From: Haliotis rufescens
Lineage: Eukaryota
Direction of reading: 5' to 3'
Assembly (NCBI RefSeq): GCF_023055435.1
Contig: NW_025963957.1
Span: forward strand, 1,550,001 to 1,614,000
Length of the DNA stretch: 64,000 nt
Under the pieces are notes generated by a model. The model was not told the origin of the DNA, searched no databases, and was given only the letters and a program-made list of their open reading frames with translations. The position numbers and the translations under genes are program-made. This document shows positions 11,991 through 25,543 of the stretch, in pieces (position 1 is the first letter of the stretch; every line of letters starts with the position of its first letter).

Positions 11991-14023
11991 ACGGATAATA
12001 ACTGACAAAAGAAACCTTTGGAATGCATATAGAGGGGATATTGATTACAGGAAATGTTTGAAAAGGGCATGTATTGAATCCTCGCTGGATGCATACTGGC
12101 GTTCGTGTCACTAACGAGGCTACGTGTCTTCATTATTTTTCAGAAAAGTATCCAACTGACCCAGTAGACAAGGGAACATGAACCACCTGGTCCTCGCAGA
12201 GATCTTGGGCGACCTCCTACTTTGTCCTACTAACGAGGCTACGTGTCTTCATTATTTGTCAGAAAAGTATCCAACTGACCCAGTAGACAAGGGAACATGA
12301 ACCACCTGGTCCTCGCAGAGATATTGGACAACCTCATACTTTGTCCTACCTAACCGCTTGGTTAATGTCATTGCACAACGAGTTAAAAGATGGTGACCAG
12401 TGGCCTCACCAGAATTGGGTTTCACACATGGTACCATGTGGGGAGTCGAACTCGGGTCTTCGGCGTGACCAGTTAACCACGAGCCATCCCCACAGCCCCT
12501 TCGCTATTATTATCATACAATACATGTAAACAAGTCTTACTTTATGTGCAGCGTTACGCTTATCGGTATCGTGCATACGATGGCTTTGTAAATCATTGGG
12601 AAGTTGAATTCACTACTGACAACACTGATAAGACAGATTACAATTTAACGTCAGTGACGAAAGATGTTCCTGGTGAATTCGAGCTATTCAGATTCCTTTT
12701 TAAAGGAGACAATGGACATGTTTGAAAATAAGTATTTGCAAGCGGCTGATGCCTCTGGCCCACTTTCGTGGTGCCAGTGTGTTCGTAAACACAGTAGTCC
12801 TAGCTGGTGATGTGGGGAGTAATCCTGAACCTAATTCCAGACAGACTACCCTCACAAGTACTGGTGATATCCAGGTAGAGCCGGCAGATATTTCTGTTGC
12901 TGGAGCTACTGAAAACCTAACGGAACAAACTATAGTAATTAACATGAACATTACCAGACCATAAACTAATTTGAACTCATTGAAGGGGTAAGAAGAGGCA
13001 TAAGACAAGAGTGAGATGTTATTCACTTCGGAATTACCTGCTACTCGCCGCTATACCTGGTGACCCCGAGGAAAGCCCTCTTCAGTGCGAGGAACATGTG
13101 CGTTCATTTCTACATGATTTCCTTATATGACTGAATATCAAGTTGACGATATACATTTTTCATACAACACGCGGACCACGTTCACGACAACCGTCAGGCC
13201 CTATCAGAAAAGTTCTTATCCAGATATGACATAGATGCACTCTTTGATTCGGCACATGTTTTATTAAAATATGATCCAATGACTACACCTACAGAATACG
13301 AGCCAGGAGGGTGCTGTTTCTTCCTTTATAAATTATATTCTCCAGAAATGAGGTTGAGGGGTTTACTTGTCAGATGACAAGCTGGTCTCAGATAAAGTGA
13401 GGTATCTGTATGAAGAATGAAGTGCAGATCTTATCACACAGGGCAAAACCGTTCTATTCTCCTTCTGCACTGTCACCTATTGCGACCCTCATCCGGAGAT
13501 TCGCACCCCTAGTGACTCGGGTGTGACCCAGCGCACACCTACACGGGTGCTCCATCTTTAGCTAGAATGTAAACGGACTTGATAACAAACTTAGTATTTC
13601 TAACTTTAGTTTTCTTTCTAATTTAGACTTTGTCTGTTGGAAACATGGTCACATATATTTAACCAATATTCCTGTTTCCAGTCGATTCGCAAAAAGGATA
13701 AAAATATGTTCGCTTTAGTAGACGTCTCACAGTATATATCAAAGGTATTTTCTCGTTCACATTCAGTGTGACCGAACACTATTTGTTTCATAAACTAAAA
13801 GCGACCCAAAAGATTTTATATTCATAAATTTAAAGCGGAGTCGATTCTGCGATCCCGACCATATCATGAGCATGTGTTTCATATAAATCACTACCTAATT
13901 CTACCATGGCATTAAAGAATGCTCGATTCCGATTGCTTAAAAGGACGTTTCCTTCTTGCTACAGAAACCAAGAAGGGGAGAACAATTGGTGGCCATGTAG
14001 ATGCCTACTTCCTGCCTGAATGG

Positions 14024-14375
14024 ACCGCCTCCGTGGTCCAATGGTAGAGCGTCCGCCCGGACAGCGGAAGGTCTGGGGTTCGATCCCCGACCGCGTCATA
14101 CCAAAAGACGTTAAAAGATGGTACTTGTTGTTACCCTGTCTGGCGCTCGGCATCTGGGCTAAAACAAGGACTGGTCGGCTGGGAGTCAGTATACTGTGTT
14201 TGAGTGGGGTATTCATGTTAAACTGAGGCATGGTATCTCAGTGAGCTAGCACTTTAAATCGGCATCAGTCCGGACTAGTACAAGCAGCCACACACATACA
14301 TACACGTACATGCACGTCGCTATATAAGTGCAATAATCTTGGACGCGACGTTAAACCCCTTTTTCACCTCACCTA
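14024..14375 (+). mobile_element. SINE family 1 (paralog at ~44895-45218)
   Basis: tRNA-like head and same body as 747-1067; same 3' flank as that copy but unrelated 5' flank, no intact TSD. Confidence 0.85.
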
Positions 14376-14989
14376 CATATTGAAAATATAATTAGGGCCA
14401 ATATGGGATCCGACCCAACGATAGCGTCATGGCTGAGGGACGCAAATATCCACCAACAATTGCAGCACTTTACATGACTTTTCATGAAAAGGCGCACTCA
14501 ATAAAGGATGTTGTCTTTAAAGAATAATAATTCAGTGTGCTAGTTCCGTCCTTTTCCTTTTCTCAATCATGGCATCTGTATAGCTGTAGTGAGATAAATG
14601 ACAAGCCTGTCCTTTTCCTTTTCTCAATCATGACATCTTTATAGCTGTGGCGAGATAAATGACAAGCTTGTCATGTAATCAATGTCATATCTAGTATCAG
14701 GAAAGCGATTGGTAAAGGAAGTAATACATTGAACAAGAAGGAAGCGACTCTCACTACAAGACACAGCAGAAATCTTAGCTACAGTTTTTCTTTTATTCAT
14801 ATTTCCAAAGAGGTGAGTAAACGAAACTAATTTGGTTTTTTTCTTTAGATTCAAGTATCTGGGCTGTTGCAGTTGTTTTCCTACCAAATGTGTCAGATCA
14901 CTTCGTTTCACAGGTGCTGTTCCCGTGGTGATACCTGCAGTGATTGGTTATTAACTATTCTTTCACGCTCTGTTCGTTTTGTATTCTGT

Positions 14990-17879
14990 TGCATGTCAGT
15001 GTACTGGTGTCCACTCGGCGTATTCCTCTACCTCCATATACCTCGAACACCACTGAAGCGGGGATACTGCATGTCAGTGTACTGGTGTCTACTCGGCGTA
15101 TTCCTCTACCTCCATGATACCTCGAACACCACTGGGGTGGGGATACTGCATGTCAGTATACTAGTGTCTACTCGGCGTATTCCTCTACCTCCATATACCT
15201 CGAACACCACTGAAGCGCGGATACTGCATGTCAGTGTACTGGTGTCTACTCGGCGTATTCCTCTACCTCCATGAGACCTCGAACACCACTGGGGTTGGGA
15301 TACTGCATGTCAGTGTACTGGTGTCTACTCGGCGTATTCCTCTACCTCCATGATACCTCGAACACCCATGGGTTGGGGATACTGCATGTCAGTGTACTGG
15401 TGTCTACTCGGCGTATTCATCTACCTCCATGATACCTCGAACACCCATGGGTTGGGGATACTGCATGTCAGTGTACTGGTGTCTACTCGGCGTATTCCTC
15501 TACCTCCATATACCTCGAACACCACTGAATTGGGGATACTGCATGACAGTGTACTGGTGTCTACTCGGCGTATTCCTCTACCTCCATATACCTCGAACAC
15601 CACTGCGGTGGGGATACTGCATGTCAGTGTACTGGTGTCTACTCGGCGTATTCCTCTACCTCCATGATACCTCGAACACCACTGGGGTGGGGATACTGCA
15701 TGTCAGTGTACTGGTGTCTACTCGGCGTATTCCTCTACCTCCATGATACCTCGAACACCTCTGGGGTGGGGATACTGCAAGTCAGTGTACTGGTGCCTAC
15801 TCGGCGTATTCCTCTACCTCCATGATACCTCGAACACCACTGGGGTTGGGATACTGCATGTCAGTGTACTGGTGTCTACTCGGCGTATTCCTCTACCTCC
15901 ATGACACCTCGAACACCACTGGGGTGGGGATACTGCATGTCAGTGTACTAGTGTCTACTCGGCGTATTCCTCTACCTCCATGATACCTCGAACACCCATG
16001 GGTTGGGGATACTGCATGTCAGTGTACTGGTGTCTACTCGGCGTATTCCTCTACCTCCATGATACCTCGAACACCTCTGGGGTGGGGATACTGCATGTCA
16101 GTGTACTGGTGTCTACTCGGCGTATTCCTCTACCTCCATGATACCTCGAACACCTCTGGGGTGGGGATACTGCATGTCAGTGTACTAGTGTCTACTCGGC
16201 GTATTCCTCTACCTCCATGATACCTCGAACACCACTGGGGTTGGGATACTGCATGTCAGTGTACTGGTGTCTACTCGGCGTATTCCTCTACCTCCATGAT
16301 ACCTCGAACACCACTGGGGTTGGGATACTGCATGTCAGTGTACTGGTGTCTACTCGGCGTATTCCTCTACCTCCATGATACCTCGAACACCTCTGGGGTG
16401 GGGATACTGCATGTCAGTGTACTGGTGTCTACTCGGCGTATTCCTCTACCTCCATGATACCTCGAACACCACTGGGGTTGGGATACTGCATGTCAGTGTA
16501 CTGGTGTCTACTCGGCGTATTCCTCTACCTCCATGACACCTCGAACACCACTGCGGTGGGGATACTGCATGTCTGTGTACTGGTGTCTACTCGGCGTATT
16601 CCTCTACCTCCATGATACCTCGAACACCCATGGGTTGGGGATACTGCATGTCAGTGTACTGGTGTCTACTCGGCGTATTCCTCTACCTCCATGATACCTC
16701 GAACACCTCTGGGGTGGGGATACTGCATGTCAGTGTACTGGTGTCTACTCGGCGTATTCCTCTACCTCCATGATACCTCGAACACCTCTGGGGTGGGGAT
16801 ACTGCATGTCAGTGTACTAGTGTCTACTCGGCGTATTCCTCTACCTCCATGATACCTCGAACACCACTGGGGTTGGGATACTGCATGTCAGTGTACTGGT
16901 GTCTACTCGGCGTATTCCTCTACCTTCATGATACCTCGAACACCACTGCGGTGGGGATACTGCATGTCAGAGTACTGGTGTCTCCTCGGCGTATTCCTCT
17001 ACCTCCATGATACCTCGAACACCCCTTGGTTGGGGATACTGCATGTCAGTGTACTGGTGTCTACTCGGCGTATTCCTCTACCTCCATGAGACCTCGAACG
17101 CCACTAGGGTGGGGATACTGCATGTCAGTGTACTGGTGTCTACTCGGCGTATTCCTCTACCTCCATGATACCTCGAACACTTCTGGGGTGTGGATACTGC
17201 ATGTCAGTGTACTGGTGTCTACTCGGCGTATTCCTCTACCTCCATGAGACCTCGAACGCCACTGGGGTGGGCAACTGCATGTCAGTGTACTGGTGTCTAC
17301 TCGGCGTATTCCTCTACCTCTATGATACCTCGAACGCCACTGGGGTGGGGATACTGCATACCAGTGTACTGGTGTCTACACGGCGTATTCCTCTACCTCA
17401 ATGATACCTCGAACACCACTGGGGTGGGGATACTGCATGTCAGTGTACTGGTGTCTACTCGGCGTATTCCTCTACCTCCATGATACCTCTAACACCACTG
17501 GGGTGGGGATACTGCATGTCAGTGTACTGCTGTCTACTCGGCGTATTCCTCTACCTCCATGATACCTCGAACACCACTGGGGTGGGGATACTGCATGTCA
17601 GTGTACTGGTGTCTACTCGGCGTATTCCTCTACCTCCATGATACCTCGAACACCACTGGGGTGGGGATACTGCATGTCAGTGTACTGGTGTCTACTCGGC
17701 GTATTCCTCTACCTCCATGATACCTCGAACACCTCTGGGGTGTGGATACTGCATGTCAGTGTACTGGTGTCTACTCGGCGTATTCCTCTACCTCAATGAT
17801 ACCTCGAACACCTCTGGGGTGGGGATACTGCATGTCAGTGTACTGGTGTCTACTAGGCGTATTCCTCTACCTCCATGAT
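14990..17879. repeat. 79-bp tandem satellite array 2 (~36-37 units)
   Basis: Same unit and same left/right junction sequences as array 1. Confidence 0.97.
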
Positions 17880-18099
17880 GAATGGAAAGTATGGGTTGTT
17901 GAAGACCTATTCTATCCCAGATCTTCACGGGTCGGATATCGCATGTGCATGTATTGATAGATGTGTGGGTGCCTTCTCGCACGGAATCCTCATCCGGGAC
18001 CTAATATATGGTATTTGTACTGGCGTTGATGTCACTAACTTGACTACCTGGTTACATTATCTTTTAGAAAAGTATCTAACAGACCCAGTAAACAAGTGA

Positions 18100-18370
18100 G
18101 TGAGTGAGTTGGGTTTTAACGCCGCTTTTAACAGTATTCCAGTTATATCACGGCGTGTCAGCTTTATGTTGGAGGAAAGCCCGAAGTGATGCAGGTCTCA
18201 GACGTTTACCACCTCGGTGAAACCCACAGGCACGGGTATGGTGCTGACCTAGAAACATAATCGGGGCGAACAGGGGTTCGAACCCACAATCATAGGTTTC
18301 TGGCGTGCCCAAGGGACGCAACTCTGCACAGCGAATCGCAGCGCTTTAGACGACTGTGCCACCCGTGCCC
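18100..18370 (-). mobile_element. SINE family 4 with tRNA-Leu/Ser-like head and (actc)n tail, 16-bp TSD (copies ~35685-35962, ~47350-47618)
   Basis: Minus strand gggcacgggtggcacagtcgtctaaagcgctgcg..gggttcgaacccc; TSD cccagtaaa(c/g)aagtga at 18084-18099 and 18371-18386; homologous empty site cccagtagacaagggaacatg at ~12160. Confidence 0.8.
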
Positions 18371-21300
18371 CCCAGTAAAGAAGTGAACATGAATAACCTG
18401 GTCCTAGCAGTGATCTTTAATGGCCTCTACATGCATGCATATATAAATAGCAATACGTTGTCCTACCTAACCGATTGGTTAATGTCACTGCAAAGGTCAC
18501 AAATTCGGTGAAGTTAAGTGACGCTGACGGCGGACAGTAGTTGGATGAGTGGCCGTTTTCAGCAAACTTGTCTCCTTAAGAGTGTCTTGTGCTTCGTTTC
18601 TCCACGCTGAATCACAGGTCTCCCTAGGCAAGTCACTTGGGTTATAAAAAAACAAATACACACGACTATTATACGTAAAATGATCCTGGCACTTGCATGT
18701 TAACTAGTGATCACCAACTGACTCCTCCTTCCTGTAAACGCTGGTACCAACAGTGGTCCGTCCATTGTCAGGCGGGGCGTGGTCGGGCATCCTCGTGGTA
18801 AAAGCGTTCGCTCGTCACGCCGAACACCCGGGTTCGATGCCCGACGTGGGTACAATGTGTGAAGCCTATTTATGGTGTCCCCTGCCGTGATATTCCTGGA
18901 ATATTGCTAAAAGCGGCGTAAAACCACACTCACTCACCCATTGTCAGTTAGATCCCCTGATATGTCCTCAATAGTCACTGAGTTTACGCCACCAATTGCA
19001 ATGACACCGACAATGAGCATCACACATCGTGTAGGAAAGAAGACGATAGAAGAGCCCCAGATTCAACATCAATACTATTTTGTACTAATGCAGGAATAAT
19101 CATAGAAGCTCGTATTTTCACATTTTATCCATTCTCATTTTACATGGTACCCAATATCTCTGCTGGTTTAGCAAAGATGAACAACATGTGACGAAGGCCT
19201 TGGGCATTTACCTTCTCAAAATAAGAATTTGGCTTCAAAGTATCATAGACCCGTGAAGATCCGGGGTAGAATAGGTCTTCAGCAGCCGTAGAAGGCGACT
19301 ATGCTTGTCGTAAGAGGCGACTAAAGGGATCGGGTGGTCAGGCTCTCTGACATGGTTGATGCATGTCATCGATCCAAATTGCGAGGATCGATGCTCATAA
19401 TGTCAATCACTGGACTGTCTGGTCCGGACTCGACTATTTACAGACCGCCGCCATAGAGTTGGAATATTGCTGAGTGCGGCGTTAAACAACAAACCAAACC
19501 AAAAACAATTGTATTACCTTACATTTATCATACGGCGACTATGCTTGTCGTAAGAGGCGACAAACAGGATAAGGTGGTCAGACTCGCTGACTTGGTTGAT
19601 GCATGTCTTCGTATCTCATTTGCGTAGATCGATGCGCATGATGTCAATCACTGGATTTTCTGTGCCTACTTTGACGTCCGAGCTTACCTATAAAAGATTA
19701 CTGCTGAGTCTACTCTGAGCTATTCTGACAAGTCGAGTCACAGCTTCGGTGTCGCTGTCCTGCGAAGACAGAAGCTGGTTTGAACAGGTAATTTGAGCTC
19801 ATGTTCTTGAAACCTTGTTAGACTGGCGTCGTTGCATTTATTTACTTATGTTTGTTTTGATACCCTCTGTGTATTTAGATCCGACGGGGATATGTAACGG
19901 ATATGTTCTTTACACATCATTCAGAACCACACAAAGGATGATATTGCCAGCTGTAGTATATTTACCATTTAGACAGAGAGGATATGTTATATGCACAACT
20001 TTAAACGAGACAGAGAGCAAGATGTGTACGGGATATGTTATATATATCATATGTCGTTGAATAAATTATATCCTAAAACTCTACCAAATAGAATGAATGA
20101 ATGAATGTAATGTTTTTCCTCTGTTACGTGTCGATTCTAAATTGAAACAATATGTTAATCCAGAAATCTACACGCAAAAGAACTGTGTGAAACCAAAAAA
20201 CAACCAACAAGTGGTATAAAAATCAACAAATGTATTACAAAATTATTACAAAAAAAGTTTACAAATCAGCACACATTACTGATCAGCAATTATAATGGCA
20301 GTAAACAATAGAGTGGTGGTTTAATATTCAATGGCAATTAATAATATGATGGCAGTGGTCAGTATCAAATACAAAAATACAGTAGTAACAGCAAAAGTCA
20401 GTGATTATAATATATATATTCACCAAGCGGCGACAGTCATCAAGCTTCCGAGATTGGCTAGGCAAGGAATCGGGAATGATGAGCGATCCTCACACGAAAG
20501 CGTGATGAAAATCGCGATCGTGTGTGTCCCGCAAACACGCCACGGCCCACAACCTACCCAGCCACTGGAAGGTTCCAAACATAGAACATTACAAACATTT
20601 CCATATGTTTCAATAACATTCTCTCACAGTCCGCGGTACACGGACCGGAACTTTACACACCACACTAGCATCTAAAAACTCAGCATACATTCATTGTCAA
20701 GTTGAGTACATGTAGAGTTTGACGCTGTTTCGAGACACAGATTGTGACACAACGATCATTTGACGGAAAGTGGATGAAGCGGTCGTTAAATATTGCCCTG
20801 AGCTTAGAAACAGGCGAACAATTAATTTCTTTCCTCCTTTCCAATCTGGCAAGCGCCCTTGTGGGGATTCCGCGGCATCGAAGGACACTATAATCTCAAT
20901 CTGGTCATAAGAGTGAGCGATTGTGGTTTTAAGCTGATTATAGCACTATTCCAGAAATATCTCATCGTGGAACACCAGAAATGGATATTGTATGTTTGTG
21001 GGGAATCGAACCCAAAGGATAAGCACACGCTGTAATCGCTAGGCTACCCCAACGCCACTGTCATAATAGTTAACTAATGTCAGCTTGTTGTTAGGAGGGA
21101 ACTAGATGACTTTGTGTCTTAACTACACAAAATAATTAGCCATATGTAAAACAATATTCACTCACGAACTCATGCGATTTGAGTTACGTTATGATGATCA
21201 TGATCACACCATTTAGATTTAACAAAAGCGTCTTAGCGATGACATAAAATCCTCAATATCCTCAATAATCAAATCAAACACGCCACAACCAACAAGAAAT

Positions 21301-22393
21301 CTGTTTCAGCTGATAATTGGTTATTCTCTGGCGATGACATCTAATATTATTTTCACATATCATGATCAAATAGAGACAAAATTAATATCTTCCCGATAAT
21401 GTTTGAAAACAAATAAGTATCTAGTCATTGGTCAGATTGGCCAAGCTTCATCATGAATAGTATCTGGTGACTTGCCATCGTAGACATTCATTAGTTACAG
21501 TTCAAATTATGTTTTACTATAGTTTGGGTTGTGAAAGAATATGTATAACCGTGATTATTTTAATGTGAATAAAAGATATATTTACTTCAGCAAAATCGAA
21601 CCCAAAGGATAAGCAAACGCTGTAATCGCTAGGCTACCCCAACGCCACTGTCATAATAGTTAACTAATGTCAGCTTGTTGTAAGGAGTGAACTAGATGAC
21701 TTTGTGTCTTAATTACACAAAGTAATTAGCCATATGTAAAACAATATTCATTCACAAACTCATGTTGTCATTTCAACGAAAACATAGTAAATCTTGAAGC
21801 GCTGACTGAAAATATATTCATATCAATCAACCGAGTCTGACCACCTAATCCATTCAATCGCCTCGTTCTCCATACATAGTTTTCTGGGGACTTACAATTG
21901 TAGACATGCATTGGTTGCAGTTCAAATCATATGATATAAATATGTTTTACTATAGTTTAGGTTGTGAAGGAATATGTGAAACCGTGATTAATTTAATGTG
22001 AATAAAACACATGTTTACTTCAGCAAAACACAACATATTCACTTACAAAACACTGCACTGATTCTTTGTACAACATGCACGTAATATATATCCACTTCAG
22101 AATTAATCCCTTGCAGTGGTTCATAAAAAGCTTCCTAAACATCTGGAGACGAATACAATAGACGGTTCTGGGATGTGACATACAGAATTTTCATACAGAA
22201 AATACCTGTATATAATGTACATCCACTCCAAGATGAATCCCCGGAAGTGGTTCACAACAGGCATCCTGGACGTAAGGTACTATAGAAAATACCTTCAGAG
22301 ATCATGATCAGTATATGGTAACACGAATGAAAAAAGTCATTGCATCACTTTTAACCAGCCTAGTTACCGATTATCATACCACTTATTAAGCCA

Positions 22394-24851
22394 TTATTGT
22401 TTCAAATTTGCAATCTCTCTCAGATGTTTCCACAACGCTGTCTGATCTTCAGGGTACTCGTCCACGTGTATTATAAATTCCTCCTCAACCATGTTCAACA
22501 GACACTGGGGAAGGTCCCCTGCTTCAATGTCACCCACCAGTAAGATCAATATCCGGTTAGGAATGAGGGCATTCATGGAGTATATTGCTGCATTGATGGT
22601 GAAATGTGACCAGGCAGAGGGGTCTTCAAGGAAATCATGTGATACAACAAGAACAGTCTTCCAACTTTTGTTAATACCTTCTATAATTCCGTAAGCAATG
22701 TCATGACCCGGAAGTACTTCACGATCTTTTAAGAAGAGACGCACAGGGTGATTACAAAGCTCTAATGCAGGCCGAAGTTTCCGATAAACAAAAGGAATAT
22801 CAGCTTCACAATATCCAATGTAGAGTGTGAAAGAAAAGTCTTTTCGAGTAAGATACTTGACCCCAAACCCAAGTATTCCCATGAGAATGTTTTTGAATCT
22901 TGTTGGGTTCTTGGAGATAAGGTATATAGTTACAATAGACGTCAGGAAGACAGTCAAACATGGGACTGTGAGAGTGAACATCCATATACCAGTACAGTGA
23001 CGGTAGATGCTCATGTAATTCCTGACAACCTCAACAGTTCTTGTTATTTGTCCATTGTCCTGAATACAAGGGAAATTCCTGTCAGACTCATAGATTACTG
23101 GTGAGTCCATCAACCACAGGATAAAGTCCAGATTTTCACAGCCACAAGAAAAAGTGTTGCCCTTAACTATGACTTTCAGACGGTTTCTTTCAGCCGAAGA
23201 ATCCAAGTCAGATTGTGTATACTTATCCAAATGTCCTATCATATTATATGACATGTTCAGAAGCGTGAGACGTGGAAAAGTAGTTGTCACAATGGGAATG
23301 GTATCAAATTTGTTTTGCGAAAGATTAAGATGAATGATTCTATTTTGATTTAGGATGAATGGGAATAATTGTAGGCCATTCAACGAAAGATCCAAATATT
23401 CCACTAATTTAAGAGCACCAAATATATTCCGAGCTCTTAGCACATCGTTGGCAAATTGTAAGTTGCAATGTTTCAAAGATAACGTTTTGACGTTTGAAAA
23501 TGACTTAAAAAATTCTTCAGTAACATTGCCAAGTTTGTTTCCAGATAGGTCAACATGACTTACATTTTCCAACCCCTTTACATGAGCACGATCATGTTGT
23601 TGGTTGTATCCAAAAAGCAATGTGTCAAGATGTTCGGTGTTTGTAAATGTGATTTCATCATATGTTACTGACAACATAAATGTATTTGTTGCATCGTAAT
23701 ATTGAAGTTTTGGGGGAAGCATCAGTGTGAGGTTACCCTTTTTTCTCCCTTCTGCTTCTTCCCATATGCTCTCAACTCTATCATATGTATGATGTTGATG
23801 ACTTAAGTCAAGGTGTCTCAGTCTTGAGAACGCTGCAAAAAATAACACAAACAATGCATCTCCAATCAGGCGGTTTGTTGAAAAATCGACCACTTCCAAA
23901 CATTCACGAATGGGGGATTTGTATAAAGAACCTGTTTCAATTAAACATATCCGGTTCCCTTTCAAGGACAACTCCGAAACACATATCTGAGTCAAAAAGC
24001 GTGTGCTGTATTCTGTAAGGATACGATCATCCACATCTTCTTTGAAGAGAGCTCGGGTTATATATGTGTTGTTCAACCATATTCTTGTCATGTTCCTTCC
24101 AACGAGAGGATAAAGAAGATGTAAAACATTTTGGATGCCAGTTTCATTGTTGGTTAGTTCCAGATGTTTTAGGAAGGACAAAGGCTCAAGAACACCAGTC
24201 TCACAAAATGTTAAATGATGACAGTGATTAAGAAGTAGTACCTCAAGTTTTGTTTCATTTAAACTTTGAAATGTTTCATTTGTTATTTTTTTCTAAAGAA
24301 CAATGGCCACCATCCATCTGGAGAACTTTGAGATTTATCAGTTTGGAGAATCCAGACCCAAAGACAGCATCTGGAACGGGGTCAATGTACAGGCTGTGGA
24401 GCTTGGTGAGGGGAGCTAACACCAAATCTGGATATGCTTTCATCTTGTTCTTCTCAAGATTGAGTGTGTGCAGATTTCTAAGGTCACGGAAAAGTCCTTC
24501 GGGTAAGGAGTTGTTGTGTGAGAGTGTGTTACTTGCAAGAAGGAGAGTGGTCAGACTGTATACGCCAAAGAAGGCATCAGGCTCCATAGTGATAAGTGAG
24601 TTATTGATTAGGTTTATGTACTTAAGACAGCTAAAGTTTTGAAATGTCATATTTCTAACAACTGTAATCTGGTTCTCACTGATGTCAAGAGAGGTAGTGC
24701 TCCGTGGAAGGTCGTCAGGAACATGCAGGAGTTGTCTCCCTCTACAGTCAACAAACAGCCCGCCATACTGGTCATGGAAAGTACAGACGTGAGTGTTGAC
24801 CTTTGAGATCCTTACTGCAACCATTATGAGAATCCCGAAGACCGCTGCCAT
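22394..24851 (-). pseudogene. TLR: Toll-like receptor, type B copy 1, split by a +1 frameshift (pseudogene or homopolymer sequencing error)
   Basis: ORFs 24276-24851 and 22394-24181 together match the intact paralog 51762-54221. The T-run at 24286-24292 has 7 T versus 6 T at 53654-53659. Confidence 0.85.
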
Positions 24852-25511
24852 AATGACTGGAAAAGAAGAAAAGAAGATTCAATGACATATCATCGACGGT
24901 TATAATGATAACGTCTACGTTCGGTACGAATAAGACTTCCATCCTTTGATAGTTATACAGGGATTGATGCACTCTGCTTTTTAGAAACTAGATTTTTTTA
25001 TAATTTGAAAAATCATAACAACAAATCCCAATCCTAATAGTCAAACTTGAAAACATCAGAAATTTGTCTGAAAATTATAATTTGCAGACAAATATACAGT
25101 GTATCTACTCCAATTATTGACATTGTCCCTTAGCAAACATGTTTGTCGCTTTCATCCGTTTTATATTGGCAATATCATATCCTTGGGTGCTCGCATGTGC
25201 ACGGTTAAGTCAGACTGTTGCTCTCTGGGTACATTCATAGTAATTATACGTTTTGATGTGAGAGGTCTTATGATATCAGTGAATATATCTTTAACCATTG
25301 TCATTGCAACAAACATTCATCTTCTGGAAAAAGGATATTTTGTTTTAGTAACATCGTCAACAATAGCTAAGGTTCAGTGCAGCAGATGCCCTAAAGAAAC
25401 ACAGCGTATTACTTGATATTCATAAAAAAAAGTCATACCAAAAAATGTTAAAAGATGGTATTCGTTGTTACCCAGCTTGGCGCTCGGCATTCGAGGGCTC
25501 TCGCACACACA

Positions 25512-25543
<32 letters not shown>

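Noticed and set aside
1522-17957. Cys/Trp-rich ORFs in the satellite (MIPRTPLGWGYC.., WGGDTACQCTG)
   Set aside because: 79 is not a multiple of 3, so frames rotate and hit the unit's TGA; ORF length only tracks stop-removing variants.
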